Shown here: positions 45,526 to 55,994 of the stretch, in pieces
How the letters are laid out: each line of letters opens with the position of its first letter
How positions within the stretch are numbered: position 1 is the first letter of the stretch
Virus record (IMG/VR): IMGVR_UViG_3300036770_008715
Coordinates: 1-64,000 of that record
DNA: 64,000 nucleotides
DNA from: a virus
Direction: 5' to 3' (one strand)
Notes under the pieces: generated by a model
Told to the model about the DNA's origin: nothing
The model's input: the letters and a program-made list of their open reading frames with translations, nothing else
Databases searched by the model: none
Position numbers and translations under genes: made by a program

Positions 45526-46170
45526 TTAAAGTTTTGACATAAAGTTTTCAAAGATCTTCAAGGAGATCTCTTCTATTTGTCGTTGCTTTGCCTTCTTCAT
45601 TTGCTCATGGTATTCTACGATATTGACCTCATGGACAACACCATTGTTCCATACCCATTCTTTGCCTTCCATGATACCTTGTACAAAGGCACCTGGAGCT
45701 GAAGGATCTGCAACGATATCTGCCGCTGTAGCTAGATAATAGTCATCTTGCACCACGTTGACACCATTCACTTCTTTGAGTGAACCCATGCCACGCGATG
45801 ATACACCAAGGGTAGCTCCGCCTTCCATCAGTGCTTTGGCGATTTTACCCATTGGAGTTTCAAGAATTTTTGCCTTTCCGACGAAATTGTTTCCCTCTTG
45901 CTTGAGCGAAACAATCATGTGTGATACTCGATCGAGGTTGATTGAAGGTGAGTCGGGATGACCAAGCTCTCCAAATGCTCGATTGTTCTTGACATATTCT
46001 TCGTTATAACGATCAACTTCCTTGGCCAGCGTACCAATTGGATAGATACGGCCATTGCGGTTCTTTTGTTCACCAACAAGGAATGGACCTTGAATGAAGA
46101 GAGACTTAACACCATTTTTAGTTTCGGTGATAATCTTTACTTCATTGATATTTTCGGTGATAAGTTTCAT
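45526..46170 (-). CDS. 21: Prohead protease gp21
   Basis: KNRNGRIYP, GELGHP, GVSSRGMGS, DIVADPSAPGA. Confidence 0.97.
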   Translation of the reverse strand: MKLITENINEVKIITETKNGVKSLFIQGPFLVGEQKNRNGRIYPIGTLAKEVDRYNEEYVKNNRAFGELGHPDSPSINLDRVSHMIVSLKQEGNNFVGKAKILETPMGKIAKALMEGGATLGVSSRGMGSLKEVNGVNVVQDDYYLATAADIVADPSAPGAFVQGIMEGKEWVWNNGVVHEVNIVEYHEQMKKAKQRQIEEISLKIFENFMSKL

Positions 46171-46172
46171 CC

Positions 46173-46502
46173 TTATACTCCAAGTGTTGATCTTTTTCTT
46201 AGTGATCTTTTTCTTTTCATCAACGCTCTGGCTAACTTAGCTTTTCTTTTGAGCTTACCACGACGCTGAGAGATCTTACGATTGAGTCGCTCTTTGGCAC
46301 TCATTCTCTTCATCTTTCCACCACGAAGCGTATAACCAGCGACATTAGAAACTTTCTTTCTTCGCTGAATCTTTCCGCCTCGAACTCTCGCTTTAACTAT
46401 TTTTACTCTAGGTGCTTCATCTAGCTGGATAATATCCTTCAGCATATCCAACTTTTCTTCAAGAATGCGACGAAGTTTTGCTTCAATTATTTCTCTATTC
46501 AT
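46173..46502 (-). CDS. Prohead core protein (gp68-like), highly basic
   Basis: IQLDE followed by an Arg/Lys-rich body ending KRKRSLRKR; immediately upstream of 21. Confidence 0.7.
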   Translation of the reverse strand: MNREIIEAKLRRILEEKLDMLKDIIQLDEAPRVKIVKARVRGGKIQRRKKVSNVAGYTLRGGKMKRMSAKERLNRKISQRRGKLKRKAKLARALMKRKRSLRKRSTLGV

Positions 46503-46720
46503 TCTGCAACACCAGAGATAGGAGCACTGAGCTGACCAATTTCATTGAAAGGAATCGTGAATACCATGCCGTACTGATCGTTTGTGTACATTGCAACTTT
46601 TCTACCATCAGGGAATATACGAATACCACGACGGCGAAGTACCAGCATTGCTGCTGGAATTATTTCTTTATCAAACGATCTAGCTTCGGCTAGATTTTCA
46701 CGAAGCTCCTTAAATCTCAT
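46499..46720 (-). CDS. Head-region hypothetical protein
   Basis: MRFKELRENLAE (capsid-targeting-like), MLVLRRRGIRIFPDG. Confidence 0.7.
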   Translation of the reverse strand: MRFKELRENLAEARSFDKEIIPAAMLVLRRRGIRIFPDGRKVAMYTNDQYGMVFTIPFNEIGQLSAPISGVAE

Positions 46721-48045
46721 TGCATTTTTTCTTTCTTGAGAGCCGACATAGCAGCACTTCTGTTAACAGCACTGAGGCCGCCAGTCTTTTCCATATAGCT
46801 TGTTACCAGAGTACGATGTCCAGCGGATAGCTTATTGATATCGCCGTGCTTACGATATGCTCTGAGTGCATTGATTGTCGAAGAACGCTCTGACCCTTTC
46901 ATCCCAAGAGCAGACATCTTTTGTGTATCAGAAACTTCTTCGCTCATGCCTTTTCTATTTTTTGCCTTCCATGCAGTAGCATACGCAATGGCTTTTTCTT
47001 TGTTAGTCAGAGTGCCATCCTTTGAGTATGATTTTTTGATGTCCTTGACCATACGCTCATACTTTGCGCCAGGAGGAGCTTTCTCTGATACTTGTTCAGG
47101 CTCTTCCTTCATCATTCTATTTTTGATTTTATCTTTTAATTTGGTTTGGACATCTTTGGTAATCTTACCAGCTCTTGGACCTTTAGTTACAACATTTCTC
47201 ATTTGATGAGCTTTGCGAGTTGCTGCATCAACTTTTGGACCACTGTCTGAATAGCCAGTAGTTGTGCCTATAACTTCTTGTACTTGCTCGACTTCTTCCT
47301 TTTTCACTTTTTTTGATATAGCGAGATGCTGTTGTATTTCGTCATCAGTCATTTTTGTTTTGCGTGTTACTCTCGCCAATTTCTGCGCAGCATCACCTTT
47401 GGACATTGACCAACCTTTTTTTCTAAGTTTGCCCGTCGCTTTATCTATGCCATAACCTATACTTGTAAGTTTGCGTCGCAAATCGCTGCGTGGACCTTCG
47501 TCGATTTGCTCGGCTTCTTCTTTCATATTTCTTTTCTCAGCCTTAGCTCGGCCAAGTTTAGCCAGAAACGCAGCTCGATTCTTGACTACGTTGCCATACT
47601 TATCTTTACGTGATGTGCTAGCTTTACGATAAGGCCCAGCAAAAGGAGCATTCTTCTTATCTTCTTCGTAGCCTTCTTTGACCAACTGATCAATTACTGA
47701 TTTGTCAGCTGTGATCTTTTTGTTTGTTACTTTTGGAGGAAGTCCTTTACCACGACCAAGTTCTGTTGTTGTCACATCGACAATACCACGATTGGGCATC
47801 TCAGAAAGAGTTTCTTCTTTCATTTCTTCTTCGTCGTCATCTTCTTCTTCATCTTCACACTCGCAGTCTTTCATTGGTTTGCCACACTCAGGGCACTCTT
47901 TTGCTTCAGCAAACATTGTTGATGCAAGTTCAACTTTCTTCACTTCAAGAGTATCTTCGATCTTTTGAGAAAGAATATTCAGGAAAGAATCAACTGAATC
48001 TTCTTCTTGATTGAGAATTGATACAACAAGGTTTTCCGTGGACAT
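46717..48045 (-). CDS. gp67-like prohead core protein extended into a modular internal-head polyprotein
   Basis: gp67-like N-terminus right after the portal gene. Basic modules separated by repeated KEE.EQ(I/V).E linkers. Confidence 0.65.
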   Translation of the reverse strand: MSTENLVVSILNQEEDSVDSFLNILSQKIEDTLEVKKVELASTMFAEAKECPECGKPMKDCECEDEEEDDDEEEMKEETLSEMPNRGIVDVTTTELGRGKGLPPKVTNKKITADKSVIDQLVKEGYEEDKKNAPFAGPYRKASTSRKDKYGNVVKNRAAFLAKLGRAKAEKRNMKEEAEQIDEGPRSDLRRKLTSIGYGIDKATGKLRKKGWSMSKGDAAQKLARVTRKTKMTDDEIQQHLAISKKVKKEEVEQVQEVIGTTTGYSDSGPKVDAATRKAHQMRNVVTKGPRAGKITKDVQTKLKDKIKNRMMKEEPEQVSEKAPPGAKYERMVKDIKKSYSKDGTLTNKEKAIAYATAWKAKNRKGMSEEVSDTQKMSALGMKGSERSSTINALRAYRKHGDINKLSAGHRTLVTSYMEKTGGLSAVNRSAAMSALKKEKMQ

Positions 48046-49670
48046 TATTGATTCCCCTGAGGAGTAGTGTTAGCATTAGCATTATTTATATTTTGTTGTG
48101 CTTGTAGTTGAGCTTCTGCTTGTGCTTGAATACTTAGTGCGCTCTTCTGCGCTTCGATCTGAGCAATTGCCATAGTCTCATCTTGATCCTCGGCAATCTC
48201 TTTTTTCATCTCATCAATTTCTTCTTCGCTGAGTTTCAGAATATTTTTCCGAACCCACTGCATTGAGTAGTATGTTCCAATGAATGGAGTCATTGTATTC
48301 AGAAGCATTACACGCGAAGTCATTAGATCAGCTTCTTTGAGCTCAGCAAAGTTATTGTCTTCGATGAAATCGTAGTGGATGAATTCTTTGATCTGATCCC
48401 ACTCTTCCATCGAAGCAATATTTTTCAGAGCCAATTGCCTTTTCATTAGCTCGTCAAAAATAGTGCAGAACTTATTACGAAGTTTCTCAACAAACTTTGA
48501 GAACTTCAATTCGTCTCGAGTGATTTCTGTTGTTCGACCAAGCGTAAATCCTTGGTTGGGTTCAAGACGAGATACTGGAACGTTGAGTGATTTGTATAGT
48601 TTCTGCTCAAAGTATTTGACGTCTGTTAGTTCGCCAAGATTCTGACCAGCTGGCAGTGTAGTAATCTCAGTTGATTTACCTTCGCCGCGCCGTGGAATCC
48701 AGAAGTCTTCGATCATTGACATGAATCGACGATCATCTCTGACTTCACCAGTTGATGCGTCGTATACGATCTTGTTACGGAACTTAGTCATAATATCTTT
48801 AAGGTACTGTTCTGCCTTCATCTTGGGCAGATTACCAACGTCAATATAAAACACTCGACGCTCAGGCGCACGAGAGAGGCGATAGATTACAATCGCATCT
48901 TCAATCATACGCAACTGGTTGAGTGGTTTAATTGCCTTGTGTAGATAAGAGAGAACCAGGTTTCTGGAAACGTCCATGAGGCCTGAGTTAATGTTTACAA
49001 CTGAATCTGTTGCAAGTTTAACTGAGTTATCGACTGGACTTGTTACAACGGCAGTACCTGAACTAGTAAGTGACTTGTCGTTGTAAATGTAAAATTCTTG
49101 AACTGATTTGACATATTCTGCACCAGTTCTTGGATCTTTTGCTTTATCAACAGCTTTTACCTTTCGAATCTTTCTTGGATCAAGATATACAAGACCGCTG
49201 ATGCCTTGGGCTGGATTCTTTTGATCAATTTGTACTTGATAGAATAATCTGCCGTCGACATACCAACGGCGGAATACATCTGATCCTGAGTTATTAAAGT
49301 CAAGAAGACGAAGAACGTTTTTAAATTCTTCGCGGATCATGTCTTTAATTTTATCATCAACCTCAAGATCATCAAGAACAATATCGACAGACATGCCTTT
49401 GTCATCGCGGACAATGGCTTCATTGACAATTTCGTCGACAGCTTGTTCGACCTCTGGCTGCATATCCATTGAACGATAGCGAGTGATTAGCTCGTTCTCG
49501 TTCTTAAATGCAGTGTCTAGATTAAGATAGGTTCCATAGTAGCCACCAAGTGCACTGGAACCAAGGACATATGCACCATCATCTTCTTGAGGTGCAGCAA
49601 TCGCTGGTAATTCTGATTGTACCAGGTCTTGCTTTCGAACAATTTCGAAACCGAAAAGTGAAACTGCCAT
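48045..49670 (-). CDS. 20: Portal protein gp20
   Basis: FRRWYVDGR, YLHKAIKPLNQLRMIEDA, RAPERRVFYIDVGN, EDFWIPRR. Confidence 0.98.
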   Translation of the reverse strand: MAVSLFGFEIVRKQDLVQSELPAIAAPQEDDGAYVLGSSALGGYYGTYLNLDTAFKNENELITRYRSMDMQPEVEQAVDEIVNEAIVRDDKGMSVDIVLDDLEVDDKIKDMIREEFKNVLRLLDFNNSGSDVFRRWYVDGRLFYQVQIDQKNPAQGISGLVYLDPRKIRKVKAVDKAKDPRTGAEYVKSVQEFYIYNDKSLTSSGTAVVTSPVDNSVKLATDSVVNINSGLMDVSRNLVLSYLHKAIKPLNQLRMIEDAIVIYRLSRAPERRVFYIDVGNLPKMKAEQYLKDIMTKFRNKIVYDASTGEVRDDRRFMSMIEDFWIPRRGEGKSTEITTLPAGQNLGELTDVKYFEQKLYKSLNVPVSRLEPNQGFTLGRTTEITRDELKFSKFVEKLRNKFCTIFDELMKRQLALKNIASMEEWDQIKEFIHYDFIEDNNFAELKEADLMTSRVMLLNTMTPFIGTYYSMQWVRKNILKLSEEEIDEMKKEIAEDQDETMAIAQIEAQKSALSIQAQAEAQLQAQQNINNANANTTPQGNQ

Positions 49671-49685
49671 ATATTACTCCATTTC

Positions 49686-49712
49686 AAAGAAAGGGGGAGT
49701 TTTACCTCCCCC
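49686..49712 (-). terminator. Rho-independent terminator after gene 19
   Basis: GGGGGAG/CTCCCCC stem followed by TTTCTTT. Confidence 0.8.
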
Positions 49713-49721
49713 GTTCAACTA

Positions 49722-50309
49722 TTAACCACCAGTTACAGGATTAGCAACAGTCTGATCAAGTGAAGTCCAGTACTGATAGGCAAGAGTTACAGAGAACTCT
49801 TCAATCGTATCGTTTGAACCCCAGTCCAGATCGATTGCTGCAATATCCGTTGGGAACGCACCAACAAACTTATACTTCTTGATTGGAACTCCGCCATACT
49901 TAGCGTACTGGCGAACTTCCATATCAACCGCATAAGAAATACCAGGTGTTGCTGGTGATGTGCTTAGAGCACGAACGTCGCGCAAGTTCAGAACGTTCTC
50001 GTTGATCCCACGATGCCAACGCTCAAATGCGTTCTTAAGAAGGAACGTCTCGTCGTTGATAATCGTTACTGACCACTCGGTAAAAGTTCTGTTACCAGCT
50101 ACCTTGACTTCACGGCCCCAGTAAGGAACAGTGATTGCACCAATCGTTGAGCCTGGAAGCTGGGCGCTCTTGCAGAAGAAACGAGAGGTTGTGCCAGCAA
50201 GATTCCCCAATTCAACATAGTTGGGGAACTGCATGACACACTCGAACAGGTTTGGCCTAGCTCCATCAAACACCATTGCAGATCGAAAGATATCTACATT
50301 AAACGCCAT
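49722..50309 (-). CDS. 19: Tail tube protein gp19
   Basis: GARPNLF, AGNRTFTEWSVTIINDE, IEEFSVT..YQYW. Confidence 0.96.
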   Translation of the reverse strand: MAFNVDIFRSAMVFDGARPNLFECVMQFPNYVELGNLAGTTSRFFCKSAQLPGSTIGAITVPYWGREVKVAGNRTFTEWSVTIINDETFLLKNAFERWHRGINENVLNLRDVRALSTSPATPGISYAVDMEVRQYAKYGGVPIKKYKFVGAFPTDIAAIDLDWGSNDTIEEFSVTLAYQYWTSLDQTVANPVTGG

Positions 50310-50341
50310 TTTGTCTTACTCCTATGAGTTTTTATTATTTA

Positions 50342-52051
50342 TTAGAACTGACCAACAACTTCCTCGAAGGAAACACCAGTCGCAACAGCTACGAAGTTCA
50401 ACTGGATAAAGTTGATGCTCTTAGCTGGTTTAATATAGATGTCTCCGACGAACTCATTTCGGTCAATCACATCAGGCGTATTGTTTGATTCGTCGCACAC
50501 TACGCGGAAGTCGTAGATACCACGACGGCCCTGTACGGTGCGTAGGAATGGTTCAACAAGATTGACAAACTGAGCTCTTGTGAATTCGTCATTGAACTCA
50601 AAGAGGCTGGTTCTAGCAGCACGAGAGATTGCTTTCTCTAGCGTGATGAACAGTCGACGGACGTTGATTCGATCGAATGCGCTAGCATAGCTGAGCATCG
50701 TCTTATCGCCAAACAACAGAGTACCATCGCCAGCAGCGCTAACTACTGGGTTGATTCCGTTCTTATAGAGAGTATCTCTTTCAGTTTTGTTTGGATTGTA
50801 TGCCAGCTTCAGAGCATTCTTGATTTGACCGCGAGTTAGACCAGCGGGGGAGAACCAAGGATCTCTTTCAAAGTCTGTACGAGCACAGAGACCAGCGATA
50901 TCGCCGTTGAGTGGAACCCAACGATAGATTTCGTTGTAGCGGTCGTACATATACTTCCATCCACTATCCATTACTGCATAGCTAGAGGAGAGGTTGGCGA
51001 GAGTCGCAGTTCTGAAGTTGACAACTTGAGTTACGTTTGTCGCTCCAACAACGTTAGCCCTGTCTGGTGAAATGAACACAACAACATCTTTTCTAACTTC
51101 AGCAATGTTATCAACAATATATTTTGGAATTGTTGCAGTCTGGTCGCCTCCAGCCATAATTAATGAAACATCAGTTGCTAAATCTTCCGTCTTAAGGAGA
51201 TCGTATGCGCTTTGCATCTGAGCAGCTGTGGCGCCAGTCAAAGATCCGCCAGTTAGGTTAAATGTTGTTCCTCCAGTTTGCCACCCGAAAACTTTTGTAT
51301 TGCTCGTGACAGCATCATCCCAAGCATCTCCATCAGTAATAGCGCCAGGTTTTGAAGTTACATAAATGTATTTGGAGTTTTTATAGATTACATCTCTCCA
51401 CCAGTTGCTTTGGCCGTCTTGAGTTTTTGCATTTCTAGCCTTAGAAACTGCTGCAAACCTCTCAAGAACTGTATTGGCGGCTCCAGTAAATTTGCCTTGG
51501 CCATCAATAACGACAACGTGCATTTCATCGTTGGCGAGAGTATTATTAAAGTTTGATTTAATGTATTGGCTGGTGCCAGGAATTCTGTCAAACAGACCGC
51601 TGTATGGCCAGCTACTGAATGCTGTCGCGTCGGTATTTGCGAAAATCTCAACACGAAGTCCTGTTCCTAATGTACCTGGATAGCGAGCTGTTAGTACAGC
51701 AGTGCTATCAATTCCATATCTGCTAGTTTGATAATCCTCTTCGTTTTTAATGAGAATTGGCGAACCTGCATCGATAGCATTAACATCGCTAGATTCCACT
51801 GAACGAATCACTCGAATATCGCCAGAATAAGAAAGGAAGCTGGCTGCAGTGAAAAATGCGTTTGCTGTTGTATTTGTTGGCTTACCGAACGTTTCGACAA
51901 GCTGCTTTTCTGATGTAATTTGAGTTAGTTGAAGAGCTGGACCCCACTCAAAGTTTCCTGCAACAGCACCAACTGAAGAAGAAGGTGGTGAAATGATGCG
52001 AGTAAGATCGATCTCAGATACGTTCACTCCTGGTGATACTTGAAATGCCAT
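50342..52051 (-). CDS. 18: Tail sheath protein gp18
   Basis: SPGVNVSEIDL, PWFSPAG..RG, FDRINVRRLF, IKPAKSINFI. Confidence 0.97.
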   Translation of the reverse strand: MAFQVSPGVNVSEIDLTRIISPPSSSVGAVAGNFEWGPALQLTQITSEKQLVETFGKPTNTTANAFFTAASFLSYSGDIRVIRSVESSDVNAIDAGSPILIKNEEDYQTSRYGIDSTAVLTARYPGTLGTGLRVEIFANTDATAFSSWPYSGLFDRIPGTSQYIKSNFNNTLANDEMHVVVIDGQGKFTGAANTVLERFAAVSKARNAKTQDGQSNWWRDVIYKNSKYIYVTSKPGAITDGDAWDDAVTSNTKVFGWQTGGTTFNLTGGSLTGATAAQMQSAYDLLKTEDLATDVSLIMAGGDQTATIPKYIVDNIAEVRKDVVVFISPDRANVVGATNVTQVVNFRTATLANLSSSYAVMDSGWKYMYDRYNEIYRWVPLNGDIAGLCARTDFERDPWFSPAGLTRGQIKNALKLAYNPNKTERDTLYKNGINPVVSAAGDGTLLFGDKTMLSYASAFDRINVRRLFITLEKAISRAARTSLFEFNDEFTRAQFVNLVEPFLRTVQGRRGIYDFRVVCDESNNTPDVIDRNEFVGDIYIKPAKSINFIQLNFVAVATGVSFEEVVGQF

Positions 52052-52111
52052 TGCGGTGTACTCCTAATTAGGAAAGAATTGTGAAAGATGTACCTATTAT
52101 TTAGTTTTTTT

Positions 52112-53740
52112 CTAATTTACGACATCCCAAACAGCACCATCAAATACCTCTCGACTGGCCATAAAATCATCACTAGTCATTGGAATCGGAAGCATTTCTT
52201 CATCAATCCGACTCATCTGATCTCTATACAGCCTGTCTTTAATATTCATATTACATATATCAGCAAAGAAACTCTGGTTAGTCATCCAAGAAAATAAAAC
52301 TAGACACATCACCAGATCGTCATGGGACCCTTCATCAGCCTCATAGCTATTCCCTTTATTTATAAATGTAGACAATTCAGAGATAATCTCGAAGTCTTCG
52401 ATGATTATTTTGTAAGATTCAATCATACTTTTCATCAAAGAGCAGCCAAGGCGCTTGACTGATTTGGTTGTTCGAATACCTCGATCGGCTTTTCTGCCTC
52501 CAACTGACCAACTCAAACTTACTCTATTTTTAATCACCGTTGTAGATAATATATTCTCATACTCAAAGTCATCAAATAGACTATCAACTACCTGCTGACC
52601 ATTATCATTAATCTCGACTAGCACATATGCATCATTGTATAATTTACCGATCCTGGATATAATCGAAGGAAACACAACTGGCGATACTTCGTTATCTTTA
52701 TATCGAGCTACAATCTGATAAGGGATTTCACTTACATCAATCACCACAAAGGCAGAATAGTCTAACCCCTTACCTCTAGCTGTATCAGCCACAATTACAT
52801 AATTTCTCCCAATTACTGGTTCCTGGAAGAATACCAGTCCATGAATAACTGGAGCTGAAATCTTTGGAGTCTTGAATACCAGCGACTTCAGAACATAGCC
52901 TGAGATAAGAGTTCCTGCGCTGCCTTGGAATTCCGTTTCCATTTCTTGCAAGTATTTCTCATCACCAAGAACTCTCCGCTGTTCCATGGCCCATTCTTCG
53001 GTTCGACCTGGAACCTGGCGCCAGTTAGCCTCAACATGGACAAATCCATTGCGCCCTTCAGTTGCCTCATTCCACATCTTGTAATAGTGGTTCATACCGT
53101 TAGGCGTCGAAGAGATCAAGATCTTCGAAGATTTACCAGAAGTAATTGTAGGGTAAACTGAGGTGAAGAAGTCTTCGGCTATGTTATTTGGTACGAATGC
53201 AAATTCGTCAAGATACAGTAGAGAGATAGAGAAACCTCGAATAGCAGAAGAAGCAGTTGAGTCAGCTAGAATTCTTGAATTATTCTCTAACTCAATGTCA
53301 CCTTTGTTCCACGTTCGAACTCCCTGCTGAATCCAATGAGGCAATTCTTCATAGGCTATCTTGATACGCGACAGAATTTCTCTGGCTGTCTTTGCTTTGT
53401 TGGCCAGAATAGCAACCAGCTTTTCTTCATTGAATAAAATATACCAGAGAATATAACCAACAACCATCGTGGTCTTACCAACCTGACGGCCAGCTTTGAT
53501 GATCACCATTCGATTGTTGTTGATTTTATCGACAGCTTCTTTCTGAAATGGATAAAGTTGTATTTTCTTTAAGCCTTCGTCAAGAGTAATAATCTTGACA
53601 TATCGCTCAATAAAATAACAGGGATCAGTAGCGCAGCGAATATATTCTTGTACTTCTTCTTCGCGGAGGTTTACTTGGACGCCAATTCGCTTGAGCTTCG
53701 GCGAGCCCATATAGCCACGAAAACGTTCAATCGTCTGCAT
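52112..53740 (-). CDS. 17: Terminase large subunit gp17
   Basis: GRQVGKTT, LYLDEFAF, SSTPNG, HDDLVM. Confidence 0.97.
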   Translation of the reverse strand: MQTIERFRGYMGSPKLKRIGVQVNLREEEVQEYIRCATDPCYFIERYVKIITLDEGLKKIQLYPFQKEAVDKINNNRMVIIKAGRQVGKTTMVVGYILWYILFNEEKLVAILANKAKTAREILSRIKIAYEELPHWIQQGVRTWNKGDIELENNSRILADSTASSAIRGFSISLLYLDEFAFVPNNIAEDFFTSVYPTITSGKSSKILISSTPNGMNHYYKMWNEATEGRNGFVHVEANWRQVPGRTEEWAMEQRRVLGDEKYLQEMETEFQGSAGTLISGYVLKSLVFKTPKISAPVIHGLVFFQEPVIGRNYVIVADTARGKGLDYSAFVVIDVSEIPYQIVARYKDNEVSPVVFPSIISRIGKLYNDAYVLVEINDNGQQVVDSLFDDFEYENILSTTVIKNRVSLSWSVGGRKADRGIRTTKSVKRLGCSLMKSMIESYKIIIEDFEIISELSTFINKGNSYEADEGSHDDLVMCLVLFSWMTNQSFFADICNMNIKDRLYRDQMSRIDEEMLPIPMTSDDFMASREVFDGAVWDVVN

Positions 53741-54131
53741 TTTTTATTTTCTTAAGAAGATCACTAGTTGAACCAACAAACACTGCTTTTTCTACGTTTA
53801 CTTGTTGGACTTCGGCTTTGTTGCCTTCGAGTTCTTTCTTTTGTTTTTGTAGCAGTAAAAGTTTGTCGGTCATATCACTGAGATTCTTTAGCATATTACC
53901 AGCAACTTCATAGGCCCGTGGATGCTGGCCTTCACGAGCAACCTCAAGAATACCTTCAAGTGCTTCGTTACCTTTCTCAATTAAATTATAATAATTTGCT
54001 CGAGAATAGTTGTAATCATCCTGAGCGTCTTTTGGTATAGCCAGAGGTTTCGGTTCTTCACGAACAACTGGAGCCATATCATTAGGAACTTCAAGAATGT
54101 CACTCATGTTATTATCAAATTCTGTACTCAT
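53727..54131 (-). CDS. 16: Terminase small subunit gp16
   Basis: DY.YSR, HPRAYEV, VFVGSTSDL. Confidence 0.93.
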   Translation of the reverse strand: MSTEFDNNMSDILEVPNDMAPVVREEPKPLAIPKDAQDDYNYSRANYYNLIEKGNEALEGILEVAREGQHPRAYEVAGNMLKNLSDMTDKLLLLQKQKKELEGNKAEVQQVNVEKAVFVGSTSDLLKKIKNADD

Positions 54132-55123
54132 GTGATATTAGGTGCTTCCTCAACAGTTTCATCGAATCCATATGCTGAAGTAGCATTGGCCGAAAGTGGA
54201 TCTGGTTGTACAGTCAGATTTACTAGTTGGTTTGATCCATACTCAAAACTATTTAAATTCCAATCTGAGTTGGAAATTATTCCACGAATTCTATTATTAG
54301 ATGCAAAAGTGCCAAAGGTATCATATACAATTAATGTATTGGATGTATTGGCCCAGCCGCTAACATAAGCACGTGCAAAAGAGGACTCAAGCGTTGGCCC
54401 TTGGTATACCAATTCGCCAGTGCTGAATTTGCCTGATCCCGAGGATAACTTTAGAGTTTGAGTTCCATCGCCAGGAATATTGCCAAATGTATTAGCAGTG
54501 ACTTTGCGAATAATTTTGACCGAATTGATTGGCCCAAACAAATATCCTTTCATTGTAAAATTTAAATTCCAGATTAATGTTCTGGTTGGTTCAGGCAGAC
54601 CCTCAAAGTCTGGTTCATAATTGATTGTATTGAATACAATCGGAACATCAAGTTTGACATTATCCATTCCAACAAAGTCAAGAGTGACTGTGTAATCTGG
54701 AGCGAAGTATGGTAGAATCTGCTCAACTATCTGAGTACCATCTTCGGTATTACGAACAAAGATACTTAGATTAAAATCAAAATTATATGGAACCCATTTT
54801 ACTCGATTGGCCGTATCGTTGCCAGCATTTTCGTAAAGGTCAATATGTGAAGACAATTTACGCTGAGCGTCATAAGTTAGCCCAGTCATTTCAAACGCCA
54901 TTCTTGGTAAAACAGTCAGCGTCTGATTGGCTAGGTTTGGATCTTCCGTAATTCGACGATAGAACTTTTCTTTGTTGGCATAACTGATTGGAACATTAAT
55001 GCGTTCAATTTCAGTCAACCCATCTTGAGTGTATCGAACAAGTTTAAGATTGTTGAATACGTTACCAAAGGCAACGACCATCTTACGAATTATGCGATGA
55101 TAATAATGCTGATTAGATAACAT
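54128..55123 (-). CDS. 15: Tail sheath stabiliser/neck gp15
   Basis: YH..IRK..VAFG..FN, LPRMAFE, QIVEQILPYF.P. Confidence 0.92.
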   Translation of the reverse strand: MLSNQHYYHRIIRKMVVAFGNVFNNLKLVRYTQDGLTEIERINVPISYANKEKFYRRITEDPNLANQTLTVLPRMAFEMTGLTYDAQRKLSSHIDLYENAGNDTANRVKWVPYNFDFNLSIFVRNTEDGTQIVEQILPYFAPDYTVTLDFVGMDNVKLDVPIVFNTINYEPDFEGLPEPTRTLIWNLNFTMKGYLFGPINSVKIIRKVTANTFGNIPGDGTQTLKLSSGSGKFSTGELVYQGPTLESSFARAYVSGWANTSNTLIVYDTFGTFASNNRIRGIISNSDWNLNSFEYGSNQLVNLTVQPDPLSANATSAYGFDETVEEAPNIT

Positions 55124-55992
55124 TATACTTCACCGAATGGATTTGTTTCGCTGAAGTCAAGTATATTACTTGCTTCAGTTTGTAATAGAACGTTGTCATC
55201 AAACTCTGATGCTGAATTTTCCATAGGATCAAAATTCGCAAGAGTATAACTTGCCCCAGTTTCTACGCCAATAATAGGCGATGTATTGGTAAATACACCC
55301 TTGATGTTTCTTAGTCTCAGTTCCAGATTGACTCGATCAAACTCAGCAACAATACCTTTGGCTGTTGCGCTTCCGATACTTGCTCCCTGATATACTGGCT
55401 CGCCTCGAATATATGATGTTGTCTGTCCAGCTTCTACCATATCAAACGTCAAGGAAGGAGCAACGTTGTCAGCAATTTGATCTACAACGTCCATACCTGT
55501 ATTCAAGAATTCGCCATTATATTTAAATGTTTCTATTGACAGTCCATACATATATGGTGCAACTTTACCAAGCTGGAAGAAGTTCTTTTCTTCTTCGACA
55601 AATCGAACCTCAAGCAACTTTTCTTGAATAGGAAGATAAATTAAATCGCCTTCCTTTGGAAACTTTCTTACAGCCGAAGGAACTAGGCGCTGGAATGTTC
55701 GACGCGCAACTGCAACTTTGGCTGTCTTGTCAATCTGCAGACCAAACTTAGAAAAGAATTCTTGCTGACCTTCAAAGTCATTGAATGTTTCAAGATACAT
55801 ATCAATCTTATATGCCTTGTCATAATATTTGACAGGATCATCACCAAACAATTTATCAATGCTGCTCTGTGAAGTTCTTGGTAGGTAATAGATGTCGATG
55901 CCGTGATTGCGGATTGATTCAATAATTAAATCTTCGACCAGAAACTGTTCACGAGTTGCATTTTGATTGTTGAAATATACCGATGTTGGCAT
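55123..55992 (-). CDS. 14: Neck protein gp14
   Basis: DIYYLPR, FSKFGL, PKEGDLIY, DFSETNPFG. Confidence 0.93.
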   Translation of the reverse strand: MPTSVYFNNQNATREQFLVEDLIIESIRNHGIDIYYLPRTSQSSIDKLFGDDPVKYYDKAYKIDMYLETFNDFEGQQEFFSKFGLQIDKTAKVAVARRTFQRLVPSAVRKFPKEGDLIYLPIQEKLLEVRFVEEEKNFFQLGKVAPYMYGLSIETFKYNGEFLNTGMDVVDQIADNVAPSLTFDMVEAGQTTSYIRGEPVYQGASIGSATAKGIVAEFDRVNLELRLRNIKGVFTNTSPIIGVETGASYTLANFDPMENSASEFDDNVLLQTEASNILDFSETNPFGEV

Positions 55993-55994
55993 GA

